Source: Octopus sinensis (taxonomy: Eukaryota). Taken from it: DNA of 64,000 nt. Location: contig NC_043004.1 of NCBI RefSeq assembly GCF_006345805.1, forward strand, positions 46,500,001 to 46,564,000. The letters are read 5' to 3'. The translations under genes were made by a program, and so were the position numbers. Below are positions 40,159 to 54,746 of this stretch, in pieces (position 1 is the stretch's first letter; the number at the start of each line of letters is the position of its first letter). The notes below the pieces were generated by a model. It was not told where the DNA came from. It did no database searches and saw only the letters and a list, made by a program, of their open reading frames with translations.

Positions 40159-40665
40159 CTCTGTTTTTGCATTTGGTTTGCAAGATTCTTTACGTCAATT
40201 CGTGTCTTGAATTATATTTTATTGTCTGGGGACAGTAATTCCCTTTTGGTGCCTAATTATTTAACACACAGGCCGGTTCTATTTCCACTCATTTAGTTAC
40301 TTATTTTTTCTAACCTTTTCGTTGCCTCTTGCAAACTTTTCAATAGTCCTTGAAGAGTTAACGACTTTTATTAACTCATCAACAACTATTGAGAAGGTTG
40401 CTAGGCGCCAAGAAAACTTTAGAAAAAATTATCTAATTTAATGGAAATCGAACTGGTGAGTGTGTTAAGTAATAGGGCACTAACAGAGAATGTCTCTCCC
40501 CAGACACAGTTGCATATATATATATATATATATATATAAAGAGAGAGAGAGAGAGAGAAAGAGAGATTAGCGTGCTTTATTGGGAAGAAAGCTAATGAGA
40601 TGCAGTTGTGATTGTGCGCTAAGGAGATGGGAATTGAAAGAAACTTGTATGTGTGCATGTATATA

Positions 40666-40709
<44 letters not shown>

Positions 40710-41957
40710 GTTAGTGTGTGTGTGTATGTGTGCATGCATGTGCATGTATAGGCGCGTCTTTGTAGTCGTGTTTGTCCTCCACTACCGCTTGGACATTTGG
40801 TGTTAGTGTGTTTACATAAGCTAGGGGCTCGTCAAAAGAAGCCAATAAAATAGGTAATGACTGAAACAAGTGAAGATAAAATAATAGGAGATCAAACGCT
40901 TTTGTGTTGCTCTGCTTTTGACTGCCACTATTCGCAACATTTTAAGAATTCTTACTTTCTGATCCACTCTAAGCTAAGTCGATACTCCTTTGCCTTGTTT
41001 GTTATTTGATAACACTCTTCAGGATGCAGTATGTACAGTTTTATTGCAGATAATGATATTTTATTGTTTCTTTTTCAGAATAATGTCTGATTTTGATTTA
41101 TTGAGTGCGTATCAGATTATGTTATGTTTAGTCATTCTATGAAGAATTTAAATACACAATCGGCTTATTTTTGTATTTCGTTTTACTTTCAGTTTGAATC
41201 CATCTAAGGGCAGTTCTGTTGTGATATCTAGAAGCTCTCGATTTTTAAGACCTTTCAACTAACTACGAATAGGTGGAGGTTAAAATTTACACTTCAATGT
41301 ATACACATGAATGCAACAGATTTTTCATATTCAGGTGAACTTATTGAGATTGTTAAATTAATCTAAACAATGCAGTTGTATCATGATTTCATACGAGTTT
41401 GTAAAACAAAGTGAGATAAAATAGTGACACACATGACCGTTGTATTTACGTCTGCTTCTCTGTTTTCCAAATAATGAACCATTGACAAAGTTCGGTTCAA
41501 TATCAGACTTCATATGAACTCTTCCTTGAAAATCATAGTATTTCTGAGAATTTTCTTCACTCAACATAATGGTCTCAAATCAAGCAAGAACATTTTACTG
41601 TTTCCACTGTTAAAGTTTACATCCAAAATCGATAGATATGAACCATTATAATATTCTTCTGTGAAAATTGTAATATCAGAAAACTTATTTTGTTATATTA
41701 AGTAAGCCTGTAATAGTAAATCTTTGATAGAAATAGCGAATAACACATGTGCGATTTCAGCATCTATAATTTAATCGACCGTTTGAAAATACGGACGACA
41801 GTATTTCACTTTCTTGTACCTTAGTATTGGAGCATTACAAAGAATATCGAAATACATATTGATATACGTTCTTGATTGTGTTTCGGTGCACTGTAAAACT
41901 GCTATATCTAATATATTTATATATATATATATATATACATATATATTATATAAAAAA

Positions 41958-42379
41958 TTTACATACAAAATTTAAAGGACTGACCACTAAAAGTGGAGAG
42001 TCAATATGGTAGATATAGACGTCAAAATCGCTATTTTCCACGAAGAATGTGTTCTCAAGAAAAAACTCAGCAAAAAAAAAAACAAAGTGTAAAAAATAAG
42101 CAAAACAAATGAAAATATACGAAATAAAAAACGATTACCTATGTACTAGTCAGTTTCATGTGTTAATATTCACGTATATGTATACGCGAACATCTGCAAG
42201 ATCATAAGCATAGTCTGTCGTTTACAAACATAATTTCCAGAACTAGATACAGAACGATTGACCGAAATCCCGCATGCATAGAGTTCAACAAATTATATTT
42301 ATGTGTATCTTTCAAATGTCTTCACTTGCATATTGACTGTCCACTTTTAGTGGTCAGTCCTTTAAATTTTGTATGTAAA
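41958..42379 (+). mobile_element. Element with 51-bp inverted arms and a hammerhead-like relic
   Basis: Arms 41958-42008 and 42329-42379 differ by 1 mismatch. GAACT..GAAAT-CCCGCATGC-ATA-GAGTTC at 42240-42286. Confidence 0.7.
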
Positions 42380-42586
42380 AAATATTTTAATCTTCGGATT
42401 TTTTTAATATGCAAGGCCACTGGTTTTAATTTGATTAATATCAATTTCTACCCTTATTCAATTATATATATATATGCATATATGTGTGTGTGTGTGTATG
42501 TGTGTGTGTGTGTATAAATTTATAAATAAGGATAATATCGATATTTAAATATATGGGAATATATAAAAAGGTAATAATTTTTTTAC

Positions 42587-42810
42587 AACTATAAATAAGG
42601 GTATCCGAGAGACATTACCAACTGATGAAAGCAGAGCTTATTTGAAGAAAAGCTAGAAATCCAGGATCTTGAATTATCCAGTAATATCTTTTTGGTAGTT
42701 TATTTTGTCTCTCATGCTGCGATATGAACTTTTTAGGTGGTTTTTAGTAGTCAGGGTTTTGACTGCTATTTCGGCATGGTGATGTCTCTCAGATACCTTC
42801 AATTATAGTT
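42587..42810 (+). mobile_element. Element with 34-bp inverted arms and a hammerhead core
   Basis: Arms 42587-42620 and 42777-42810 differ by 5 mismatches. CTGATGA at 42622 and GAAA-TCCAGGA-TC at 42656-42668. Confidence 0.65.
42619..42671 (+). ncRNA. Minimal type I hammerhead candidate with core intact
   Basis: CAA/TTG helix I, CTGATGA, AGC/GCT helix II, GAAA, quasi-palindromic ATCCAGGAT helix III and an AUC triplet. Confidence 0.55.
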
Positions 42811-42878
42811 TTATTTATAGACATATATATATATATATAACATATATATATATATATATATATATATAGTGTGTGGTG

Positions 42879-42913
<35 letters not shown>

Positions 42914-44445
42914 GGGTGTGTGTGTGTGTGCGTGTGTTTTGTTTGTGTGTGTGTGTGTATGTATGTATTTATGTATGTATGTATGTAAATGTCTACATTA
43001 TGCAGTGTATCCTTTTTTTATTTAAAACTGTTGAGTATCATTTGGAGCACATTTGTCTGCAATGTATTACTGTGTGAAAAATGAGAAAGTCGAACTTTCA
43101 TTAGCCGCTCTATGTATTAATTGTACGTGCTATAAATAATCGTCTTGTTCTTATCGTAGACATATATCTGTCCAATGTAAATAAAGTAAATAAAAACACT
43201 GTTGGTATATGTGTCTGTAATAGACATAGTTCAACTCTTATGTAAAGAAATGAATTTTGTTTTGTAGTTAATACATAAGATAAGCTTGAATGATTAAATA
43301 TTTATTTATTTATTTGTTAATTTGTGGCATCTTATCAGTGAAAGATCTTCAGTTCCGTTATGTTTAGGGACTAGGAACAATACATAAATCTGGAAGAGTA
43401 TTTAGATTTTATAAAGAATTGCGATGTTGCAGATAAGAGAGAAAATATAAATAGTTTTTACTTTCTTTATACTACTTAAGTAATACAAAACAGTACATTC
43501 TGTTTCAGAAATTGAAATGTTATCCTTTTTTAAAGAAAAATATAAGTAGATTATAATTTTTTTCATTTTTAAGTTACGTTTCTGACATTTTATTGTATCA
43601 GATTTCTGTTCCAATGATATAATAATTATCTTTCTCTTGGAGAAGCCTTTGACATTAAGATATTTCCTTTTCGGTATATTTACTACAGACCACTTAAATA
43701 ATAACAATATGTGTTCTATTAGAAAAAAAGCACAAATATATTTATAAAGTTTGGCTTTATTAACATATACCACTATACATATGTCACATTGTACCAATGA
43801 ATAACACAGTATTTAATTTTAAACATATTTTAGCATACAAATATTGTGAATATATTATCAGTTTATAGTAATCGCAATAGAATGATCATGCTCATAGATT
43901 CGTGAATGTGTCTTTCATCTTTTATCTTTCGTTTCCAGTGATTACGCTGCTGCTATGCTGGGGGATTACCTCGAAGCTTGCACCTACATTTCGGAACCGT
44001 TCTTTCAAATTTTTTTGCGGATGCCTTACTATGTTAAACATTTAACATATTTTACAGAAAACTATCACGTCACACACACACACGCACGCACACACATAAA
44101 CACAACCAACTGTTTGTCATAACGTTTTATCAAACTACTTCATTCTTCAAGCGTATCTCGCCAATGAAAGATGTTGTGACTGACTGCGACGCAGTGCCAA
44201 ATATTTCATGAGGTTAGTACTTTTGTGTGGCTGTTCGAGTTAAATTATATCTCTCATTTCAAGCAATTAGAGGTGCTATTTGCACCGACATGTATAAATT
44301 TTAGCATTTTGGTTATAATTATTATAGCCACCTATCCTATATTTTAATGTATTTAATATATTATTATATCATATTGTATATATATATATAGATAGATAGA
44401 GAGAGAGAGAGGGAGGGTATTGATATATATATATATATATATATA

Positions 44446-44693
44446 AAGGGTAAAGACCCCTTTCGGTCATGAATGACCATGGGATTGCACCTAGAAAGTT
44501 ACCCTCCTAGACACAAGTCCGGGCAAGGTTGTTTATGGAGACCAGCAGTCGCCAATGCATACCAGCCTCCCCTCTCTACGCCACGTGAAATAAAGTACCT
44601 TGCTCAACAACACAACACGCAGCCCGGTCCGGGATTCGAGCTCACAACCTCACGATCGTAAGCTCGACGCTCTAACACTGAGCCATGCGCCTT

Positions 44694-44695
<2 letters not shown>
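44446..44695 (-). mobile_element. SINE C with a 90-nt internal deletion
   Basis: Near-identical to 37614-37946 but lacks the segment equivalent to 37754-37843. Confidence 0.9.
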
Positions 44696-44725
<30 letters not shown>

Positions 44726-44751
44726 AAATATATATATATATCAATATATAT

Positions 44752-44787
<36 letters not shown>

Positions 44788-44950
44788 GATATATATATAT
44801 ATATACATATACATAATACATACAGACATACATACATAAATCTTTAGATTGTATATTCTCTCGATCATTAGACTGCGGCCATGATGAGGTAGCAGGTTAC
44901 AGAATTTTAAGTCCAATTGATTAATCCCAGTACTTATACTCTTAGCCTAT

Positions 44951-44986
<36 letters not shown>

Positions 44987-45521
44987 GTACGTAATAAATG
45001 CAAATATTAAATAAATTTTTAATTTTCAGTTATCATTTTTATTTATTATTTGTATTTCTAGTCATTTGTACATGTTAAGTAGTATTATATTGAAGATATA
45101 GAGTATTATGGAAGTATATAAGATATCGTTGTAGTGGAAAATGTTGAGGAATCCAGACCTGAATATTGGGAGTATGTCAACCCGAATAAGTATTGAAACT
45201 AGATTCCTCGTATCTAATCAATACCGACGTACTTCCATGAAACACGTGTAGTCTTATAAACGGAAAATACAAGATTCAGAATAGATATAGTTAGCATAAG
45301 ATTTAATTTTTAACATTTTATGGAGTGGTGAGTATAAAACCTTGCAATGTTGATTGATTTGAAGGTGGTTCTCTCTCTAAAATGAACTTTTATATATACG
45401 AATAAATGTATTAAAGGTATTAATCATTGAGAGATGTTTTGCACATCTAAGTTGAATGACATCTTTCTGTTTACGCGAAAGTAATATTCCCTAATAATTA
45501 TATAGATATATAATATATATA

Positions 45522-45599
<78 letters not shown>

Positions 45600-45939
45600 T
45601 ATATACAGAGCTGTCGTTAATGTAAGTATGCATACATGTACTAGGGTATTTCTGTGCATGAGGTGGTGGCTTTTTGTTTACGTGTGTTTTGATAACACTG
45701 TATATAATTTTGTCATGAAGACTAGTTTTCACATTTACAATAAGTAAACAGAGTATACTAATGTCTCACTTTCATCAACACCTCTGCTCATTTGCTTATT
45801 TGACTCTTAATTTACAAACAGTATGCTTTCGTGATAATAGATTGGCAATTATTTAACAGTGTTGTATCCCTAATTACCATGCACCGACATTTCCGTGTGT
45901 ACATACATACATATATCTATCATATTACTATCTATCTAT

Positions 45940-46013
<74 letters not shown>

Positions 46014-46036
46014 ATTTTCTATCTATCTATCTATAT

Positions 46037-46089
<53 letters not shown>

Positions 46090-46975
46090 CATATACATAT
46101 ATATACATATAATATTATGAGTGCGTGTAGTCTGCGTATGTATGTTTATATGTGTTTTACATACAGAAATGGGTATGTATGTATGTATATATATATATAT
46201 CTATGGGTGTGTGTATATGTGTGTGTGTATGATGTGGGTATGTATATGTGTATGTATGTGTTTTCTTAACTTTTTTCAGGTACAGGAGTGCTGCCAAGTT
46301 GGGGCACCACCTTTTAGATATTTAGTCATTAGTAATTTCATTTTCTTTTTAAAGGTATTGATTCTATCCGCTACATTTCTCGAACTGCTAATTTACAGTG
46401 ACGTAAACCAAAATCGGTTCATAAGCGGTGCAGAAGAAGGTCGTAAACTCATAAACACATATATAGATATGCACACATATACATTAATGGAAGTACGGGT
46501 TTCTATCTGCACACCTCTATCAGTTCTTCTCACAAGGATTGGGTCGCCTTGGGGCCATAGTAAGAGATACTAGTTCAATGTGCCCTGCAGTGGAACTGAC
46601 ACTAGAAGTATATGGTTGAAAAGCAAACTTCTTACATAAATTGATTCATTGGCATATATACACATGTACATATATACAAACGGAAAAACGGAAAGAAGTG
46701 GATGCAATTCTCAATTTTGGAACCTGAAATAGATTTCGGAACTCGTTCAGGATGTGACATTAGCTAATCCCTTTATCGGTTGGATTAATGTTTTTGATGT
46801 TCTATAACCGATAAATCTCATAATTCTCGTTTCTTTTCCAGTCTCCATTTTCCATGATTTCTAAGATTAAAATATATACATTAAAGATTTTTTTTCCCTC
46901 CTGAATTTCAGTTTAAAATGTTTTTGTATCGATTCAAGTTCTTTGTTCAAATGAGTATACCAAAATATAATTCAT

Positions 46976-47385
46976 AGGCGCAGGAGTGGCTGTGTGGTAA
47001 GTAGCTTGCTAACCAACCACATGGTTCCGGGTTCAGTCCCACTGCGTGGCATCTTGGGCAATTGTCTTCTGCTATAGCCTCGGGCCGACCAAAGCCTTGG
47101 TGAGTGGGATGGGTAGACGGAAACTGAAAGAAGCCTGTCGTATATATGTATATATAATATGTATGTATGTGTGTGTATATGTTTGTGTGTCTTTGTTGTC
47201 CATCTAGCATTGCTTGACAACCGACTGGTATGTTTACGTCCCCGTCACTTAGCGGTTCGGCAAAAGAGACCGATAGAATAAGTACTGGGCTTACAAAAGA
47301 ATAAGCCCCAGGGTCGATTTGCTCGACTAAAGGCGGTGCTCCAGCATGGCCGCAGTCAAATAACTGAAACAAGTAAAAGAGTATA
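46976..47385 (+). mobile_element. SINE B, full length
   Basis: All family B motifs are present. Confidence 0.9.
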
Positions 47386-47669
47386 GTATTTAGGAAATAT
47401 CAACACATTTTCATCAGTAGCGAAATTATGCTTTAGCCAGTTGCCTTCATACTATTTTAACATGTGAGCATGTCTGTCAATTCAAGTATGTGCATCTTTT
47501 GTTTAATTAATTCATTGGCTCTTTTCATTCCCTGACTTTTCAATGAAGAACTTACGTTTTGAACATTAGCAAATATGCACTTTGATATTCTTCTTGATTC
47601 ATTCTGATACTATTCCCAAGAACCCACGTTCTTCATTTCCCATGTTCAGGCTGTTTTGTACATTTTTTC

Positions 47670-47860
<191 letters not shown>

Positions 47861-48184
47861 TAGTATTGTTGTATACATACATACAAGCATACATAATGAT
47901 AATAATAATAAGTGGATGTAAACACATGAACAAAATAAGAATAGAAAAACAACAACAACAAAAACAAAGTACACGAACGTATATAAACAGAAGATACAAA
48001 TATTACAGGTATCCCCCCCACACTAACTAACATTGACGCATGTATATATATATATATATTATATATATATAATATATATATATATATCATCTGTTTGTTT
48101 TTACACCAATAATCTTCGTCATTTGTTGTTTTCTTCGTAAACTCTCCCTATATATATATATATATATATATATCTTTTCACCTA

Positions 48185-48535
48185 CCTTCTTGACTATTCG
48201 TGGGTCAAAGTGGCATGTAACATCTACTATATAGCATATGTGGTGCCACCTCCATGAGGACTTCCTCGTCCGTTAAATTGTTAGTTTCTTGAGAGAACTG
48301 ACGATGTAATTCCATGCGGAGTAGGGTTTCTTCTCTCTCGTTGGCTGTTCGTGATCGGAATTCATGAGCACTCTCAAGTCCATTTTTATTAAATCCTCCG
48401 GTATTAGCAGCATACTGTAACAGGTCTTGCCTCCACTTAACCAACTATTTTGCCATGTTTCTTCTTTCACTGTCGATGCACTCCCGTACGGTTAATCAAC
48501 CCACGCCCACCTTTACCCTCTTAATGTAGCGCATA
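48185..48535 (-). mobile_element. R4/Dong-like LINE fragment (post-RT region)
   Basis: The - strand reads YIKRVKVGVG/GRGLI, RECIDSERRNMAK, LLQYAA and LHRQFSQETNNLTD. Confidence 0.65.
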
Positions 48536-48804
48536 TTCTTGTTGTTATTGATAATATTGTTGTTGTTGTTGTTTGTTATTTGTTTATGCATGCACCACGT
48601 ATAGTTCTAGTATACTGTAATGCTAGTTTGATGATGTGCTACCCCAGCATATTTGACTATGTGTAATATTTTACAGATATCGCATATTCCTTCATGTATA
48701 ATCATTTCCGTGTTATGTGTTTCTAAAGGGAATAATACTGAAACAATTGTAAAGAAAAATCGACTTACATTGCTTTGAATCTTATTCTAGTTCCTTGATG
48801 TGTG

Positions 48805-48847
<43 letters not shown>

Positions 48848-49086
48848 ATATAAGGAGAATTTTACGCACCAATTATACCAGTGATAAGCATCTACACTTC
48901 TTGCACTAGTATATGTGTTGAAATTTGATTACTTGCTTCAAAGGTTAGCCAGGGGTTCGCATGGAGTGCCTGCTTGATGAGGAATAAACCAGACTTTCAC
49001 ACACACACTATATATAACTATGTATATGTGTTTATGTGTGTGTATGTGTGTGTTATTGTGTATGTATATGCATTTATGTATGCATG

Positions 49087-49120
<34 letters not shown>

Positions 49121-49504
49121 AATATACATATACATATATATATATATGTGTATGTGTGTGTGTGAGTGTGTGTGTATGCATGTATATACGTATGCATATA
49201 CGTGTATATGCATGCGTAGAATCTGCTGAAAATGTTGCTATTTTACTATTGCATCGATTTATACGTTGTGAATGTCTTCAGGGTAAAAATCTCTGCAAAA
49301 ACATGATTTTGCTGATAGTAAATAATTTTATTCGATAGTAAATAATTTTATTTGCATGGGTGGCTAAATTGAAGAGTCGATCGTATACCCAACAGCCAGA
49401 ATATTGGCAGGGGTTCTTATTTTTAGCTCACCACCGATGCTATAATTGTGTACAAACCTTGAAATTGAGGAAATCGTATATCTCTCTGAAAATCTGAAAC
49501 CTAC

Positions 49505-49548
49505 CTTTGTATAATCGATAAAACTTTCTTCCAGTGAATCTAACGACT
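49505..49548 (-). CDS. Candidate 44-nt micro-exon (ESLDSLEESFIDYTK)
   Basis: Acceptor ccatttttacatcatag, donor AAG|gtaggt, protein-like composition. Confidence 0.3.
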
Positions 49549-50293
49549 CTATGATGTAAAAATGGTGTAAACCCATTTTTACATTGTTTTATGTACGTAA
49601 TCAATTCTTACACTTTGGAACACCAAACAACTTGCCAAGTCTATTTACTTCTGTGCCAAACTACTGTTCAGTACACACCTTGGCGGGTATAGTTATTCGA
49701 TGTAGTTATTAGCTGAAACGCATTTGCTTCATTTCCAGAAACGCGGTAATTATTGAGAAGTTGCCATGTCCGAGTGGACAGATATCTAAGCGCTTTTATA
49801 TTCCAGCTATGACATCGTAATAAGGAAAACAAAATCAGGATGAATACATCCCATTTGTTTTACCCCAGAATGACCATGCTCGAATCTATGTAAGCTGTAC
49901 TATAACAAAATACTACGGTGAACAGAAATTGCCTAGTAGTTTCGATTCTGAAGTAGCAAAGAAGAACTATATAAGTTGCATTACAATATGTACAAAAGAA
50001 ATAATTCAGTATTGATGCCGAAGTTTGCTTGCTCATAAAAAAATTGAAATGCGTAAAAGTACTCCTTCTGAGATGTCCCACCTTGAAACACATTTAATGA
50101 TGTTGTGATGTAAATCAGTACTTCCATATAATACAAATAGAAAATATCAATTGATCATGCCAATCTCATATCTACTGTTTCACTCCTTTCTATTTCAATT
50201 TGCTACTTCATACTATGCATAAAGTAAAATTTCGTAATTTCTTTCTCTGTCAGTTCTTCTAGTTTTGAGTATAATACGGACGGTATTCATAAT

Positions 50294-50478
50294 AGGTATT
50301 TCGTCTGCCGCTACGTTCTGAGTTCAAATTCCGCCGAGGTCGACTTTGCCTTTCATCCTTTCGGCGTCGATAAATTAAGTACCAGTTATGCACTGGGGTC
50401 GATATAATAGACTTAATCCGTTTGTTTGTACTTGTTTGTCTCCTCTGTGTGTAGCCCCTTCTGGGTAGTAAAGAAATA
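50294..50478 (+). mobile_element. 5'-truncated SINE A
   Basis: 12-bp TSD GGTATTCATAAT (50282-50293, 50479-50490). Confidence 0.9.
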
Positions 50479-50861
50479 GGTATTCATAATATCATGTATA
50501 TTATTTAATTCTTTCAATAATCAAATTTCAAAATGATGGCATTATACGTTTTTTTAATATACTAAAGGGTTAAATCATTCATGATTTCACGTTAGGTATG
50601 ATAGTGTACGTTTTTCCAAGCAAAACACTGTCATGGTAGGCAGTTTGTTTCTAGATCAATGAGTAAAAGGACTTGAAGTACAATTTTCAAACACGTACAC
50701 CAAGTTACATGAGCAACCAACGATAAGCCTACTGTATTACTATTTAGGATTAAGTTTTCCCAACTTGCCGAAAGTCGTTTTCGTATTTCTTGTTGTTTAC
50801 GGTTCGTGACGTCCTGTACCCATTTATGCATGTGTATATATATATGTGTATGTATACTCTT

Positions 50862-51079
50862 TTACTCTTTTACTTGTTTCAGTCATTTGACTGCGGCCAT
50901 GCTGGAGCACCGCCTTTAGTCGAGCAAATCGACCCCGGGACTTATCCTTTGTAAGCCCAGTACTTATCCTATCGGTTTCTTTTGCCGAACCGCTAAGTGA
51001 CGGGGACGTAAACACACCAGCATCGGTTTTCAAGGAATGCTAGGGGGACAAACACAGACACACAAACACATACACACGC

Positions 51080-51138
<59 letters not shown>

Positions 51139-51306
51139 CATATATACGACAGGCTTCTTTCAGTTGCCGTCTACCAAATCCACTCACAAGGCATTGGTCG
51201 GCCCGGGGCTATAGCAGAAGACACTTGCCCAAGGTGCCACGCAGTGGGACTGAACCCGGAACCATGTGGTTGGTTAGCAAGCTACTTACCACACAGCCAC
51301 TCCTGT
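50862..51306 (-). mobile_element. SINE B, full length
   Basis: Reverse complement of family B, including the internal microsatellite. Confidence 0.9.
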
Positions 51307-52812
51307 ATGTATGTATATATATATATATATATGTACGAATATATATATGTATGTATGTACATATATATGTATATATATATATATCTGTATTTATGGTACT
51401 ATGTATATATACAGATAGATTGAATATGTGTTTGTGTGTTTATAAATGCATGAGTGCGTGCGCGCGCGTGTTTATACTAAGCTGAAACAAGTAATTAATA
51501 TAGTCAAAAACTTGGCTCAATGTTTTATTTTAATTCAATAATACTTAATGCAGATTCGGTACCTTCGAAATCTCAGAGACAACATGTATGATGATCGTAT
51601 GATATTATATCAAGAATATAGATAACATGTAAAATTTGAAACTCTTTTTTGTTTATTATTTTATATTTTGCAGAGAAATTTTGTAGGTAGAATCTCATCT
51701 ATTCATAATTGGTTGCAAATGAAAGATGACAAGTGTACAAGCCAGTTCATTTAGAAAGTGAAGAGGTGGAAATGATTTATATTAGAAGGATTATATTTGT
51801 TGCATCACTTAGAAAAACACTGCTCAAATTTGAATTTCAAATAGTATTTTTGCAAATTGATTTCTATGATAACGAAGGAATATTCCATAATTGTATTCTT
51901 TTATTTTTAGAATAATTTCGAATGTCAATGTAATTTATCTTCTCTCCTGTGCATATATTTATATTCTATTATTTCTGATGAACCTTTTGCCGTTGTTCAC
52001 ATTTGCCTATTGAGATATACGGATTACTGATCCGAGTAAAGGTTTTGATAGAATGATTTATATGGATATGCAAATATCAATACAAAATTGTAATGTATAG
52101 TGCGTCGCATACTGCAATGGAGTAAAACTTATACAGTTTGAATAAAGTGAAAATCGTTAGCGTAATGCTTTGAATAGTTTAAATATTTCTATACATCAAG
52201 TGGATGTAAGTTTATGCTTCAATGATGCAACTTATTTCGAAACTGTTCGATTCCTGTGATGTGGTAACGCTGTAGTGATATGTTGTAATGTATTGAATTT
52301 TGCAGTAGTGAAATGAAGTATGCAGTAGTGTAGTGTATCGTACTTCTATGATTAGTTCCATTAATTTTGATGCGTCGTCCGCATGTTAGATCATGCAAAC
52401 TATTTCTCTATTTACTGTAGTATTTCGTATTCCCTTTGGGATTGAATAATTCCGTGTGGTTAATCATAAATGTAGTGGTATCACATCGGTGTCGTTTATT
52501 CTCTTCTAGTTGGTGTTTTAATCAACAGGTAAACAATGTTGATTAATTATTTCTTTTCATACACCTCAGCGCTGTGTTTGAGCATCAAAAAACAATGTTT
52601 TTATAATACTAATGCATTCCACTAGGATTAGCATTGACGTGTAAGAATACAAAGAAGCACTCAATAATATTACTGTTTCATGGCAAAATATATTACAGTT
52701 TTCATGGGTGCAGTTATCATACATATATATAATACATACACTCACACCCACCCACACACACACACACATACACACTCACATACACAAACACACACTCACT
52801 CACACATATATA

Positions 52813-53045
52813 TGGTGGCGAGCTGGCAGAAACGTTAGCGCGCCGGGCGAAATGCTTAGCGGTATTTCGTCTGTCGGTACGTTATGAGTTCAAATTCCGC
52901 CGAGGTCAACTTTGCCTTTCATCCTTTCGGGGTCGATAAATTAAGTACCAGTTACGCACTGGGGTCGATGTAATCGACTTAATCCGTGTGTCTGTCGTTG
53001 TTTGTCCCCTCTATGTTTATCCCCTTGTGGGCAGTAAAGAAATAT
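52813..53045 (+). mobile_element. SINE A, full length
   Basis: GGTGGCGAGCTGGCAGAAACG head through the GCAGTAAAGAAAT tail. Confidence 0.9.
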
Positions 53046-53189
53046 ATATTTATATATATGGATGCATATTATATATATGTATGTACATTATTTCTTTTTT
53101 CCTTGTTTATTCATCTAAAGGAGACTTCTTTGCTCACATGAAATCATGAAACGTTTTGACGTTAGAGAATAAGGTTTCCCGATGTTTAC

Positions 53190-53905
53190 ATATTATTTAC
53201 GAACGAAAATCAACATTGTCTCGAGTTCTACAATTTTGCGATCTTTGGGGAATGCTCCTAATCTTGTTATTTATAATATGAATGAAAACCATCGACTTTA
53301 TGTTGGTGAACTTTGATAGTGAACTTTGATAGTATTTCCATTGAAAATCTTGTGGCATTTATCTAAGTGTGGGAAGTGCTTATCTGTGAGTTTCAGAAAT
53401 TTTCTAGATATGTTCGTAGCTACACTCATATTGTATCATAAAATTGCATCATAAAATTTTCCTGCGCGTATGTTTTCTTCGTCTACCTACATTTAGTTCA
53501 ACATAAGTTATACTGTTCTTAAATTTGGACCTTTCTGAGGCGGTGTTGTATTATGGGGCAGGTTTTTGAAACTAGCGTCAATAGCGAATAGAATGGAAAT
53601 CACCCATACAAATGCTATTAACTAATTGTTTGATTATTGAAGACAATAGCTGAGAGCCTATGTCATTATCAGAGTGATCTTCATTTGATTTATGGTGGCG
53701 GGGTTTCAAAATGACTGTAATAGGACTTGTATTAATATCTAGGAAATTGATTTCTTTAAGTTTAATATGAATTGTACTTGAAGGCTTTAGCTCCTGTTGG
53801 CTAAATATGTTGCATAATTTCTACCTTATCCTATCCGTATCCTGTCCATTTTATTAGGTACCACACCAGCACCGTCATCCCTATGAAACACTATGCCAGC
53901 CTCCT
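53190..53905 (-). mobile_element. Neptune-type PLE RT C-terminus and linker, heavily decayed
   Basis: Manual translation gives FHRDDG, KEINFLDIN, SIIKQLVNSI, RRKILx, TNISRKFLKLTDKHFP..KIFNGNTIKV and NCRTRDN. Confidence 0.8.
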
Positions 53906-54149
53906 TCGTCCCTGAGGACTAACATACCTCTCCATCGTGATATCCAATGTGTGACAGAGAGGATTTGTGGGATTAGAAGTTATGCGAAGGAAGGAAATGG
54001 AGTAAATCGGAATGAGATTGTTGGTGAGGATTCGCTGGTTGGTGGAGAGGTGACGCGGAGTTTTGACAGTAGAAAATGGTTTTCAAAGTGCGTTTAGTAT
54101 GAGGATTTGATTTCAAAGAATAGAAGACAATCATGAACACACATGGTTG

Positions 54150-54186
54150 CACACGTGCATATATACATAAATACATATATATATGT

Positions 54187-54227
<41 letters not shown>

Positions 54228-54323
54228 CGTGCATATATACATAAATACATATATATATATATGTATACATATATAATATATATGTATATACTTGCATATA
54301 TACATACATATATATATGTATGT

Positions 54324-54402
<79 letters not shown>

Positions 54403-54432
54403 ATATAGGTATATATGTATATATATATATAC

Positions 54433-54492
<60 letters not shown>

Positions 54493-54504
54493 TAGGTATA
54501 TATG

Positions 54505-54575
<71 letters not shown>
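54150..54575. repeat. (TA)n/(GA)n microsatellite with higher-order duplications
   Basis: ACGTGCATATATACATAAATACATAT occurs twice, and a (TA)n(GA)n-TAGGTATATATGTAT unit occurs twice. Confidence 0.9.
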
Positions 54576-54578
<3 letters not shown>

Positions 54579-54746
54579 CGTGTAGACAACTCGATGGGTG
54601 TCTGACGGGTTAAAATAAACGAAATATATGTGGAAAGTCCTACCCGTCTATCTTCTGTTTAACCTATATTTTCATTTCCTTATTCTTCCTTTCCTTCGTC
54701 TTTCTTCCGCTATATAATTTTTTTCTTCCCTTGCCTTGCTTCATAT

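Noticed and set aside
41358-41567. ORF MLSEENSQKYYDFQGRVHMK.. as a first exon
   Set aside because: It looks protein-like but has only a weak donor and no recognisable homology.
43402-43797. 131-aa K/I-rich ORF
   Set aside because: This is AT-rich compositional bias with no motifs or splice support.
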